A DNA stretch of 64,000 bases from Felis catus (taxonomy: Eukaryota): the NCBI RefSeq assembly GCF_018350175.1, contig NC_058368.1, positions 75,208,001 through 75,272,000 on the forward strand, given 5' to 3'. Below are positions 1 to 12,896 of this stretch, one piece after another. The translations under genes and the position numbers were made by a program. The stretch's first letter is position 1, and each line of letters starts with the position of its first letter. The notes beneath the pieces are model-generated. The model had not been told where the DNA came from and searched no databases. It was given only the letters and a program-made list of their open reading frames with translations.

Positions 1-750
1 TATACTGTCTTGATGATTACAGTTTTGTAATACAGGTTAAAGTGTGGGATGGTGATGCCTCCAGCATTGTTTTGTTGTTGTTGTTTGTTTGTTTGTTTTT
101 CTTCAACATTACTTTAGCTATTTGGGGTCTTTTATGGTTCCATACAAATTTTATGGTTGTTTATTCCAGCTCTGTGAAGAATACTAGTGCCATTTTAATA
201 AGGATTGCAATGGGGCGCCTGGGTGGCACAGTTGGTTAAGTGTCCGACTTCAGCCAGGTCACGATCTCACGGTCCGTGAGTTTGAGCCCTGTGTCAGGCT
301 CTGGGCTGATGGTTCAGAGCCTGGAGCCTGTTTCCGATTCTGTGTCTCCCTCTCTCTCTGCCCCTCCCCCGTTCATGCTCTGTCTCTCTCTGTCCCAAAA
401 AATAAATAAATAAACGTTGAAAAAAAATTTAAAAAAAAATAAGGATTGCATTGAATATGTAGATTGCTTTGGGTATTATTGACAGTTTAACAATATTTGT
501 TCTTCTGATTTATGAACATGGAATGTTTTTCCATTTCTTTGAGTCTTCCTCAATTTCTTTCATAGCTTTCTACAGTTTTCAAAATAAAGACATTTTACCT
601 CTTTGGTTAGGTTTATCCCTAGGTATTTTATGGTTTAGGGTGTAATTATAAATGGAATCGATTCCTTAATATCTCTTTCTGTTGCTTCATTATTTGTGTA
701 TAGAAATGCAACCAATTCCTGTAAATTGATTTTTATTTTCTGTGACTTTA
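1..750 (-). mobile_element. L1 ORF2 fragment (inverted 5' part of a carnivore L1), interrupted by a SINE
   Basis: Reverse complement gives AGGIT..YYK.VIIKTV-like and KV..KIN..K.VAFLYT-like ORF2 motifs; continues off the window's left edge. Confidence 0.9.
212..437 (+). mobile_element. SINEC_Fc (Can-SINE) inside L1
   Basis: ggggcgcctgggtgg head, CT tract, A tail; TSD aataaggattgca at 197-209 and 438-450. Confidence 0.97.
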
Positions 751-1585
751 TTCATCACCAGGGAAATACAAATCAAAACCACAATGAGATATGACCCCAC
801 ACTGGTCAGAATGGCTAAAATTAACAACTCTGGAAATACCAGATGCTGGCGAGGAAGTGGAGAAAGGGGAACCCTCTTGCATGGTTGGTGGGAATGCAAA
901 CTGGTGCAGCCACTCTGGAAAACAGTGTGGAAATTCCTCAAAAAATTAAAAACAGAGCTACACTACAACCCAGAAATTGTACTACTAGGAATTTATCCAA
1001 AGTATACAGGAGTGTTGATTCACAGGGGCACATGTTTATAGCAGCATTATCAACAATAGCCAAATTATAGAAAGAGCCCAAATGGGTCCATCAGCTGATT
1101 AATGGATTGAGAAAATGTGGTATATATACAATATATGCAATACATACAATGGAATACAACTAAGCAATGAAAAAGAATGAATTTTTGCCAAATGCAACAA
1201 CATGGATGGAACTGGAGGATATTATGCTAAGTGAAATAAGTCAGTCAGAGAAAGACACATATCATATGATTTCACTCATATGTAGAATTTGAGAAACGTA
1301 ACACATAAATATAGGGGAAGGGAAGGAAAAATCAGATAAAAACAGAGAGGGAGGTAAACCATAAGAGACTGAAACACAGAGAACAAACTGAGGGTTGATG
1401 GGGGGGGGGGATGGGTTAAACGGGTGATGGGCACTAAGGAGGGCACCTGTTGGGATGAACCCTGGGTGTCATATGTAAGAGATGAATCACTAAGTTCTAC
1501 TCTTGAAGCCCACACTACACTGTTAACTAACTTGAGAATAAAAATAGAAGGAAAAAAAACACAGAAAAGAACAAAGAAAGAAAAT
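751..1585 (+). mobile_element. Carnivore L1 3' end (ORF2 C-terminus, 3'UTR, A-rich tail)
   Basis: [55 protein letters not shown]-rich 3'UTR, aataaaa tail. Confidence 0.95.
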
Positions 1586-1799
1586 ACATTGCTTAGAAAG
1601 CTTTGGTACTTGGTCATTCTCATAAGATTAGATGACAGAGCCAGTGCTGGAGAAGGATGAGGGGTGGAAAATGGGCCCCAGTCAGGGTTGATCTGATTCT
1701 GATACCATTTCTCCCATCCCATACCAGGCTGCTTCCCAATCGTATATCATTTTTCCCATTTACAATCTCTTGTTTCGTGATCAAAAATACGGGAGTGAT

Positions 1800-2012
1800 G
1801 GGGCGCCTGGGTGGCGCAGTCGGTTAAGCGTCCGACTTCAGCCAGGTCACGATCTCGCGGCCCGTGAGTTCGAGCCCCGCGTCAGGCTCTGGGCTGATGG
1901 CTCAGAGCCTGGAGCCTATTTCCGATTCTGTGTCTCCCTCTCTCTCTGCCCCTCCCCCGTTCATGCTCTGTCTCTCTCTGTCCCAAAAATAAATAAACGT
2001 TGAAAAAAAAAA
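1800..2012 (+). mobile_element. Young full-length SINEC_Fc
   Basis: Intact A box tggcgcagtcgg and B box gttcgagcc; perfect 17-bp TSD aaaaatacgggagtgat at 1783-1799 and 2013-2029. Confidence 0.98.
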
Positions 2013-3311
2013 AAAAATACGGGAGTGATCTTCTCAAGATCATGCAGCTGGCTGCTCTGACTCCACACACCGTGGTCTTCCCTCTGTGCTGTCACCAATG
2101 TCTAAAACACTGGTGTGATGTCCACGGCACAGCTGGGTCGCTTTGGCACAAGTACATAGGGAACCTCAAAGCACAGATCTGTTTCACATCATCATTGGTG
2201 GAAAATGGTTGAAAGAAACACCGTTGGCATTAATTCTCACTTCTCCATCATAAAGCAACAGTTGGACTTTGAAAATTTTTAAAAGCAGGCAAACTAATGT
2301 AATGGCTGCCCAAGTTGATTCCACTGGCTGTGAAACATTTTAGCACAGCTGCTAAAACATTTTGGCAATATGCAACCGTGTGTCCTTCCTTTAGGTATAA
2401 TGTATCACAGATGCCCCAGGTCTTGTCTGTTTCCTCTGGTAACCATTTCTCCATCCTCATTCCCAGCTACTTTTTGAAAGGAGGGTGAGACTTATGATAC
2501 CCTGATAATATTTGTAGTAAAATAAAGAACAGAACGGTGGGATAATTATCCTATCTCCGCTTTTTTACACAGAACTTTCCTTCACTTACCTTTATCAACG
2601 TTCTTCAATTCTGTGCATTATTCATTAGAAGCATGTTTATTGGAAAATTCTGTCTGTTGAGTTTAAAATATTATTTTATGAGTCACAGCTAGTAAAGAGA
2701 GACCATAGATATTATTAACATAAACAGGAAAAGAAGAAGATAGTGATGTTTTGAAAATTATGGTGCTTTTGGAGATACAGGACTTAGAAAAATACTTGTG
2801 TTTTCAAGAACGAAAGAGAGGCATGTGAAGAGGAAATTCCATAATCCTGAACGAGTTGAAAGAACAGAAAAATGCCCGGGTTGAAGAATGGAAACTTGGA
2901 ACTCTAAATTCCAACAGGTATATGCCCTCCCAAGCTCGATTTCAGTATGCCATAACATTATCCAGGATCTTAAGCCCTTAGGAGTTTTACTGGAAATGTT
3001 TCTGCAGGTTATATATAAATACCAGGATTGACGGGTGGTGACTTCATGAGACAGCCATGTACGTAGAGAATAAATAACCATTAGCCATTTTGCTTATTGA
3101 CTGGCAACGGAGTTTTATGATGAATTCTCAAGATGAGAGACAATGAAATTATGCAAAAATGGAGCTGAATAGCACTTTATCTAAATCTAACTCAGATTGA
3201 TTTTGAGCCCTAATAAAGAGACAGGGTGCCCCAATGTTGGAAGATACTGTATACTTGAGATGATTTGTGGAACTCTGAGACAAACACTGCTATTTAAAGT
3301 ATCAAGTTTAT

Positions 3312-3538
3312 GGGGCGCCTGGGTGGCTCAGTCAGTTAAGCGGCCAACTTCAGCTCGGGTCATGATCTCGCGGTCCGTGAGTTCGAGCCCTGCGTTGGAC
3401 TCTGTGCTGACAGCTCGGAGCCTGGAGCCTTCTTCGGATTCTGTGTCTCCCTCTCTCCCCGACCCTCCCCCGTTCATGCTCTGTCTCTCTGTGTCTCAAA
3501 AATAAATAAACGTTTAAAAAAATAAAAAAATAAAAAAA
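3312..3538 (+). mobile_element. SINEC_Fc
   Basis: Full length; TSD taaagta(t/c)caagtttat. Confidence 0.97.
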
Positions 3539-4324
3539 TAAAGTACCAAGTTTATACATGTATTAAATTGAGGTAATAAAGAATGTTATTTCCTCCATCT
3601 TCTTCATCATTTTTTTTTAGTTCAAGTGGCATTGGGATCTACAAAATTGAGGGGAAAATTATTCTTCCCATAGCCACACAAAGCACAACACCCACAGGCC
3701 CCTCGGAGATTGAAAAGTGTTTTGTGGGGAACACCACCCCTCTTGGGGACCTTCTTGGCTCTCATGAGGAGCTCCATAAGCCTGGCAGCCATGTGCCAGG
3801 TTGCTTTCTGTCCAGAAAACACTGAAATGGAAAGAACAGGAGGGTGGAGGTTGTGGCTGTGGCTGACTGATATGTTTGGGAGGGCACATGACAAAGTTCT
3901 TGTTACGAGCGGGACGGTAAAATCCAGATGTAGGGTAAAAACTCAAATTATGTCAAACCAGCTCTTAGGGAATTCAGTGTTGGGATGCTACTAAAATATT
4001 TAAAAATGCTCTCCAACCTAATTCTATAATAATTCATACCAGTTTGCTTTTTCTACAAATACAGAGATTGTCTCCTGTCCCATTCCTAAATAACAACGAA
4101 ATGAAGAAAAAAAAAAAACTGGTGATATGTGAGAATTTCTTGTAATATATTGGTATCACCATTAATAAAACACAAGGACAAGTCCACAGGTATTGTCTTT
4201 AGATGAGAGAGACCTATAGGTTGCCACAAAGTCCAGGCTGGGGAAGTAACTAGTAACGGCAAACCCGTGTTGTGTCAAACAAACACTTTCCGTGTGAAGG
4301 GACGTGTCTACGCTTGCTACAGGT

Positions 4325-4490
4325 GTTAAATCTCCTAACCCTATTTAAGGTAGGTGCTGTTATTCACAGTCATTTTTCCATAACAAGAAAATGAAAACAT
4401 GAGAAATAAAATATCTTGCATAAAACCCAACATTTGGTAAGTTGTAAAGCTGGGATTTTAACTAAACCAGCCTGGCTCATAAAGTTACCA
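4325..4490 (-). mobile_element. MIR fragment
   Basis: Degenerate match to the MIR core (aggtaggtgctgttatt...gaaaatgaaaac...gctgggatttt). Confidence 0.6.
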
Positions 4491-4522
4491 ATTTTGCTGT
4501 TCTACGAGACTTTAGCTGAAGG

Positions 4523-4524
<2 letters not shown>

Positions 4525-4570
<46 letters not shown>
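4525..4570. repeat. (TA)n microsatellite
   Basis: Direct observation. Confidence 0.98.
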
Positions 4571-4572
<2 letters not shown>

Positions 4573-5779
4573 CAAAATCTGTGGGATGGATAACAGTAAT
4601 CATACTTTGATTTTTTTTATGAGTAACTAAAATTAATATCCAGCTCTGACAATATTTTAACCATTAAAATACATGTGTGCATATATATTTTGAATATATA
4701 TACTCAAAAGAAAAGAAAGCAGTGAAACGGACTCCTGTAGCTTTCAGTCAATTTTAATAATTACGAAATTATGACCGATATTGTCTCAATGCTACCCACT
4801 TCCCACGTCCAGATTATTCTGACGCAGTTCCCGGACATCTGATCATATTTGAAGATGTAGTTAATGGAGAGTTTCTACAAAGATCCAGGTGTGAGATTTT
4901 TGGAAGTAAAAAGAGACACTTGTTGGCAGACTCTGCGAGGAAAAAATGAAGGGAATCGGGGCATCGAGAGGATTCAGAGGTTTGCTGATCAGAGGGTGTC
5001 TGATAAAGCTGAACATGCGGCTCGAAGTGACTAGGTGACATCCAGCCACGACCAAAGAAGTGTTAATGTCCCACCGACAAATGAAACAGTGATCATTTGG
5101 CAAATGACTTGGACGCACAAGATCATTAAGCCTCATTTCTCATGAGCACAGTCTTCTTACCCAAGGGTGGTCCTTCCTCTGTGGATCTTCAGATCAGCAG
5201 AGAGCATCCCACCATGAATGTGCTGAACTGTAACCAACTTCAGAAACTGAAAATGGCTGACGTTGAATAGCACAGAGGTATGTGCCCGCGGTGTTTGCTT
5301 CCTGCTGTTTGCACCGGTAGAAATAAAGGCGGTAATGTAATCGTTCTCTCTAAAATTCCTTCTAACGCTTGGAACAAACTGAACGTAAGCGCGTGGAAAG
5401 GTTTCACCTTGTACCGTTTCTGACACAAATTTGAGGGTTATACAGTAGGAAGTGTTTGACACTGTAATTTAAAATGACAAAGGGAAGTGAGCTGTGAGCT
5501 CTGCCTGAATGCGATATTCCCCTTGGACTTTACCGTCCCAACATCATCATCAGAAACTGTCACATTGTGTGAAGTGCTAAATGGAGATTAAGGTGGAGCA
5601 AACAAATTTTCACAGCAGGTTAAGTACATAGAGTCCTGGGAATAGAGACCGTGTTTTAACTAAGCCTAGAAAAACTATCTATTGATCTGTCTAGACATCT
5701 ATCGTCCCCAGCTTACTGAGTGCACCCAGAACCTGTGGATGGAAAAACCTGTTTCAGATTTACCTACATTGAAGCAGGA

Positions 5780-5935
5780 AAGATAAATAATATAGGTAAA
5801 TAATATAGGTAATATAGATAATAAAATAATATACATAATAAGAATAGATAAGTAATATAGATATAGACAATAATAATATAGATAACAATAAAATAATACA
5901 GATAAAAAGAACAGATAAATAATATAGATATATAT
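5780..5935. repeat. A/T-rich low-complexity tract (ATAG/ATAA-like)
   Basis: Direct observation. Confidence 0.8.
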
Positions 5936-6326
5936 TTGAGAATTTGAAGTCTGGATGTCGTCCAGAATATATTTTCTAAATCACGAGAACACGGCAATTG
6001 TCCATGTGGAAAAATAAATAAATAATGAAAACGCCACAAAGGAAAATGGAATTAAAAAGAATTAAGCATTGCAACTATAGATTGTAAAGCAAAGAAATAT
6101 AATGATGATCTGCATTACTGTGTTGCCATCATAAATATCTACATTCTATATTTTCAAATTGTTTAGGAAGAAGAAGCGTGATAAAATAAGACATTTTACT
6201 TTTAAAAGTATTGATAGATTAGTTTGAACAGAATGCAGCTTGTGATTAGTTGATGATGGTGATGATGTTGGTGGTGGAATCTGTCTGATTTTGGCAAGTA
6301 TGTACAATGTAACTCTTGTAGAAATG

Positions 6327-6421
6327 GGGGCACCTGGGTAGCCCAGTGAGTTAAGCATCTGACTCTTGGTTTAGGCTCAGAGCTGGATGGAGTCCTTCAT
6401 CAGGCTCTGGGCTGACAGTGT
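6327..6421 (+). mobile_element. Can-SINE 5' half only
   Basis: ggggcacctgggtagcccagtgagttaagc...ggctctgggctgacagtg, no tail. Confidence 0.85.
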
Positions 6422-6442
6422 AGAGAGAGAGAGCAGGTGAGG

Positions 6443-6478
<36 letters not shown>

Positions 6479-6604
6479 CCCAAGCAGGCTCTATGCTGTC
6501 AGCGCAGAGCCCAATGCGGGGCCTGAACCCATGAACAGTGAGATCATGACCCAAGCAGAAATCAAGAGTCAGATGCTTAATCGACTGAGCCACCCAGGCA
6601 CCCC
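6422..6604 (-). mobile_element. Can-SINE lacking its A tail
   Basis: (AG)n tract through gagccacccaggcacccc. Confidence 0.93.
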
Positions 6605-7762
6605 AGGGGTTCATTTTTTAATGAATAAATGTAAGTGAAGTATACAATTAATAAATGTTAATGGATTAAATTAATTTGTTTGGTATAACGATGTAGGCAA
6701 TGCCATCCTATGATTGCCCCCCCCCCAATATTATTAACCTTCTTAGGGAAAACATGCTGTTGCTGAATTGAAAAATATGGCACAGTGGGAATAGATCATC
6801 TCATACTGTTTGCAGAAGATTGGGTTCATTATCCATGCTAAGAATACAAGGGAAATGTCTTTGAAATGTAAGCTACACATAGGTTTGTTTTTAGTTGTGA
6901 TCTCACATGAGTTACTATGTGATCTTTGGGAATTTCCCTGATGTAAAATGCAGTGCTCGCTTTTGAAAGGCACTGCTGGGGCCAAGATAAGTGAATTTTC
7001 ATATAAATACCTAGGGAGTTCTGAAACTTATGTTAACAAGCGGAAATGCATTGTCAAGAGCTTTAGAACTCTCCAAGCCTAAAGAGGTTGCTACTAATTG
7101 GAATGTTGAATGTACATTAGGTTGAATTATTCTCAGTGCAAAAAAAAAAAAAAGTTCTAATCTGATCACCTCATATGGTGTAATAAAGCACATCAACATC
7201 ATGACCCAAATTTATCTTAACCTTCTAAAACATGTTCAGTGTGTTTAGGTTACCATGAGCAAAATATAGGGAGAATAAATATTTGCTTGACGGGTCATCT
7301 TTTTATAGTCATTTCACTTTGTCCTTTGCTACTTTCCATGTGAAAACAGTCCAAGATTTGGGTGCTAATGAAAGCTTTTTGGTGTCGGGATTTCCATGTC
7401 ATAAAATATTTTCCTCAAAACTCTTTTTTACCCTTCTCATTTCTATCACCAATTACAAGCAGCCAAGAGACCAAGTTCATCCATTCATGTGGGTGGTGAT
7501 TTGCAATCTAGTCATAAGTAGTAGTAAAGAAACAAATACAAGTAGGCTTGATGTCTCACTTTTTTTTTTCTTTCTTTCTTTTTTTTTTTTTTTGTAATAG
7601 GTAGTAGTGATTTGGAGTTTTCAGCATGTAATGAAATCTTTCTTCTATACTTGGAAGTCCTTTGATTAACTGGAAAAGATAGCCATGTTTGAGAATTTCT
7701 CTCCCAAACCCCTAACTGTACCAAAAATGATAATTCTCTCTCACTTCTTTAACACATTGATT

Positions 7763-7816
7763 GAAGAGGAAGAAGAAGAAAAAGAAGAAAGAAGAAGAAG
7801 GAAGAAGGAAGAAGGA
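7763..7816. repeat. GAA-rich simple repeat
   Basis: Direct observation. Confidence 0.85.
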
Positions 7817-10249
7817 TTCCAACATGGATGAAATGAAAGTGTGTTTAAGTTCTAGTAGAACAAAGTTTTTCCGGGGCTGAATTCAACATAAGGCAGGCCC
7901 AACACAAAGTCAGTTCAAAGAACCTTATTATTGAAATTGCCAGAAAGACATAATTATAGCCTTATCATGTGGTCTGAACCCTGAGGCCAATTTCATAGTG
8001 AGGCTCCATTGAAATATGAAATCAGATGTGAAATTCACCTTTTTAAGAGGAATTTCATTATTCTATTGGCACAGAGAAGATGATTTTAGCTATTATATTA
8101 TCTTACCTCAATTAGCAAAAGCAGCCTTTTTTTATCATAATGAAGATTGCTAGTCTGAATACTTTATTAAATCAAAGGATACAAGAACACCATAAATCCA
8201 TATCATTTTTGTATATTTAACTTGAAAGATAATATGAGTATAGTTCAATAAAATATGTTTCAATGTTTTAAAAAATATTTTCCTTCTCTTGGATTGTGAC
8301 ATTGTTGGAGGAACAATTAGTTTTATGGGAGACTGAGACAGGACGGTATCATTAAGCTATTTGTATAATCACCTGAACGATGGCTGTCCATCGTTAGCAT
8401 GGATGTGATCTTTGCATAGCCTCAGTTCCCTGAAGTTGAGCCATGCAATTCTACAGCTAACCCCAGCCCCTAGAAAACATTACATTCTAAATATATTGTC
8501 TTCTAACAAATTCATAAACCTTATCTCGGAGAGAATCGTCTTATTGAAATGGTGCTTGTCCAAATGCCTGATTTTCAAAGCATAACACCTTTTGAACCAT
8601 CTAAAAGCACTTTAACTGGCAGCTTGGCCTTTTTGTGGCATTTCTTGTCTTGTGTCAATAGTAATTGATTTCAAATATATGCAGTGGGTCAAGGGGTAAG
8701 CAGGTGAGAGGAATCGGACATACTGAAAGGCCTTGCAACATGACAGTCTTCTCTCTTAAGTGAGGAAAGACACCTTCTCAGATTCGGTGTCTAAATGACC
8801 ACATCTTCCCTTGTTGGCTCGATCTCTCCTATTCACCTTACAGTGGCCCGGCTCTTGACCAAGTCGGCTCAGACATTGCTCAAAGGTAAGGATTACTTCT
8901 TCTGTTGCCCGTGCTCTCCCTGGTTCAGAAGCACGTGGGCCTCAGAGCTACAAGAGCAGAAGGCACCCATGAACTTGCCTCTTCTTTCCAGCCATACGCC
9001 TGCCCTCGATGTCAGGTGAGGCAAGAGGGAGCAACTCTGTTCTTCTAACTCAACTATAAATAACTGGCTGCCTTCAAAGAGATCTCAGGGCATTCAAAAA
9101 TGGAAAGTGTTTCTCTTTCTTATTTATTTTCACCAAGAATCGGATAAAATTACTCTCTGGATGTTGGATTCATATTGCTTTCACAGAACCATGTATGGGC
9201 TTCCTAACTGTCAATTTGATTCATAAAAACACTGCAACTTGAAACAATAAATATGAAGGTCTTGGGGAATCGATATCGATGTCACTTCTTAATTCGCCCT
9301 ACCTGATTCAACACACGAGGTCCCCCTTCAGCTATGACCCACTGAGGATTTTTTTTTCCAACAGAGAGCTACATACACACATGTTGTATTTGTGTCTTAC
9401 GCAATAAACAGATTTACTATAAATCTCGATAATCCCCAAGAAGGAACAATGCTAGAACTCTAATACAACCTCCCAAAACAATTTTTGTGATGGATTCCCC
9501 TCCCCCCCGCCCCCGTGGGGTGGGCAGGTCACTATTTGTGGAGGAAGCACCAGATTCATTAGTGGCTCGCATTTATGCCTCACAGAGCCCCCAAATACTT
9601 GTCTTTAAAAGTAGAATTCCATTTGTCCCTGTCAGCCAGTCACCCATAAGTGGTAGAAGAATGTGGGTGTGTCGGGGCCTCACAGAGTTACCCCTGACAC
9701 TTCAGGCTCATGCAGGGTGAGCTGCATAAGCACATCAAGGAAGCTTTCACTAAAATCCAACTGTTAAAGGGTTATTTCTCTCTCTTCTTCCCTTGTTCTT
9801 TCATTTGCCTTCAACCTTACTCCCCTTCTAACTCGCCCTCTTTTCCCCGGAGAGCACGGAATCAATTTAAATGTTTGTGTAGTGTAACATTACCATTCCC
9901 CTATTTGAACATCAATTCTGATTTCTCTTTACTGGGTACTATCTGCCCATGAGGTGATAAATCAACTCTCTTTTCAGTCACTAGGTTTAGAGGTGTTTAA
10001 GGTTTCATACCTTATTTAGCTTATCAAAGATCCCCGTAAATAAGCTATAATTACATCTGTCCCCCAAGTCAAAAATCAGAGAAAATAAACCACTTTCCGG
10101 AGACTTCAAGTGGTAGAGTTAATATTTATATTTGGTTGGGCCGAAATGTGTATGTGGTTTTGTTTTGTTCTGCTTTGCTTTTTACAAATAATACCAGCTC
10201 TTTCAAAAGTGTTGATTATGCATCATTGATACGTTGATTTCATAATAAC

Positions 10250-10940
10250 AATGATACACTTTTTAGAAAATACTTAAGGTCTGATGGTGTGACAGATATG
10301 TTTTAGTTGTTAGATATGCGGTTATAAGATGAACGTAGCTGTGATTTAAATTCTCCTGGTGGATGACAAGTAATAAACTAACGAGTAAAGCTATAACAAG
10401 TCAGATTGTATAAGTGCTATGGAAAACATGAAGGATGGGAAACGGGTTCTGATTGCTGGTATGTGTGACGTGTTCATGAGGAGACCAAGTGGAAAATGAG
10501 CAAAGAACACAAAGCAGTGAAGGAAGAGCCAACCGGAAAGGCCATTTCCTGCAGAGCAGTGAGTTAGCACAGGCCCTGGGTGGGGGCAAGGCTCAGTGCA
10601 CTCAGACAGCAAAAGAGTGCATGAAAAATTGTGCTCCAGGGAGAGAGGAAAGGAGACGGGGTCACAAGGCCACGGGAGGCCATTGAAACGCCTTTTTCTC
10701 TTAGGTGGAATGAGCCCGGAAGCCCCTAGAAGGTTTTGAGCAGAAGAGTGATAGCCGTTCCATTTTGAAAAAAATAACTCTGGGTGCGTTGCTGTGTATT
10801 TGAGAACCACGAGTGAAATCAGGGGAAAGGATCAGGCTGCTATTTCAATAACACTGGCAAGAATGATGATTTCCTGGACCAAAGCAAGACTAAAGGAGCA
10901 GTGAAGCAAATATGACATTAAGATACTCAGGAGGCAGCTC
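10250..10940 (-). mobile_element. L2 fragment
   Basis: gaaggttttgagcagaagagtga...actctgggtgc...ggctgctatttcaataa...gatgatttcctggacca resembles antisense L2. Confidence 0.75.
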
Positions 10941-11954
10941 GGGGGAAAGATGGTCTATGGGAATTTTTAAATCACCCCAGATTATGGCAGGAATAATAGT
11001 GAAGAAGGAAACAGTAACCCAGGTAATAAATTTTGATGGGATGAAGGAACTTAGGCCAGGAGGACCATAGAAAAATGTAGCAAGATAAGCAGCAAATGGT
11101 CCGATGGCATGAGCTCATGTTGGAGCCCCCAGAGAACATGTAGCCATCGGCCGCCATCACCTTCTCTTTCTTACTCTCAGCTCGGTGGCAGGAAGTTCCA
11201 AGACTCTGCAGTTCCCACACCTCTACTCCCATTTTATGAGGATTTTTTCTGCTCAGATGACCAGTTCTCATGACGTGATTTTCCTTTTTGCCTTTACTTT
11301 ATTTTCCATTCACTTTCCTTTCTCCTTGGCAAAATGTTTACCCCCTATCCTCTCTATTTCCTGCCATTTCACTCTCTGGCTTCCACTGAAGAGATACACG
11401 TCTCTCCTAATAATGCTTTTCTTGGAATATTTACTTTCTTTTGGGCTCCTTTCTCCCCAATACGTTAGACGTATTTTCATTGTAGCCAACATGCTTTCCC
11501 CCTCTTACACACACTCTGCTTTCTACAAATAGACTTGCCTTCGGTGTCTTATTTATTTGGGTAATAATAAGTCAGAGAATGCCACTGGGGCAGTAGTTGT
11601 TGCTGTTGAATTTAGAAGTAAGTACGTAAGTTAAAGTTTCTTTGGCCCTCCCCTCCCCGCCCCCCGACCCAGTCCTCCTTCAAGGTCTGCAATCATTCTA
11701 TGTTACAAATCCTGCCAAATTGCCCCTTCTAGCTTCTTCCAGGTGTCCTAAACATTTTTCCTTCTGTGTATTTTTCTTTGTCTTGCCTTTTCTCCATACT
11801 CTTCAGAAAGTTACATCATAAACAGCTACATTTTCATGTAAAATAAAACTTCAGAATTTAGGTCAACTGGATCACTACGTTGTGGAAAAATACCATCAAT
11901 CCATCGTATGTTTATGAGGATAGTAAATTACAGAAAGTGAAAGGTAACCGGGTG

Positions 11955-12040
11955 ATCCTTAACTTCTAACTTGTTTTGTGGCATGGGGCAGGTTTCTTCA
12001 CATTTCTAGGGCTCGGTTTCTGCATGTGTAAAATGTGTTT
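11955..12040 (+). mobile_element. MIR fragment
   Basis: gtggcatggggcaggtttcttcacatttctagggctcggtttctgcatgtgtaaaatg, MIR core-like. Confidence 0.6.
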
Positions 12041-12779
12041 TCTCCGGCAGAACACGTCTCACGTTCCCAGAGTTACCCTGAAGGAGGAGGGCGGCTGATC
12101 ACCTAACAGCAAAAGGGGGAGAACCCGCTGAGTCCTCCTCACCAGCTGTGTGCTATCTCTGCCTCAAGAGACAGACAGAAGCTTGACTGAGTGGACAGCC
12201 TTGGCCATGTGGAAATATCGGCACCATACCTCACACATTCATCTTCCGGTGTTCAGGTAGAGACAGTACCCTGCCTCCTGAACTTTCATCCACTCTCTGC
12301 TCCCCCCCCCCCCCCACTACAAATCCCATACCCCTTCCAAAGCAAGGTCTCCCAGGGCTTGGGCTTTCCCCTGCCTCCTGACTCCTGCGGATCTACTCTG
12401 CTGACTCTGCTGTCTCCACGGATAGGGTTCCAAGTTCTCGATTCAGGGTGCAAGCAGAACGTGCCTCTGTGGCCCCAGGTTCAACTGGAACCCATCAATT
12501 GTCTTGATAACAGAAAGTCCTTATACTGAAGTTGCATTTTAGCTCCATACCTTGGCCATTAGGAAGGATGATATTCTCGTAATCTGGTACACTTCTGTGT
12601 ACAATTAGGGGAATGAAGACCGGGGCGGATCAGTCAGTTCCTAAGGTATGGCTTTATCCCAGTCAAGAGTAACCCTCTGCCTTAGACCTGAGAGGGTTTT
12701 CATTTGTGTGGCATGGGCGTCTGCGTCACAAACCTAATCAAGGATCACTAGCTTTCCTGCCAAATGTTTGCTTTGTTTG

Positions 12780-12845
12780 TTTTTAAACTAACTTTAAAAC
12801 ATTTTAGAACAGTTTTTAATATAATTTTAATGTTGATTTATTCTT

Positions 12846-12896
<51 letters not shown>

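Noticed and set aside
1800..1880. tRNA-like A/B box sequence
   Set aside because: The tRNA-derived head of the SINE, not a tRNA gene
1770..2070. Recurrent ORFs such as GAPGWRSRLSVRLQPGHDL and WVAQSVKRPTSAQVMISR throughout the window
   Set aside because: Can-SINE translations, not a protein family
8376..8395. Perfect 8-bp hairpin aacgatgg-ctgt-ccatcgtt
   Set aside because: Too short for a pre-miRNA; stems of this size are expected by chance in 64 kb
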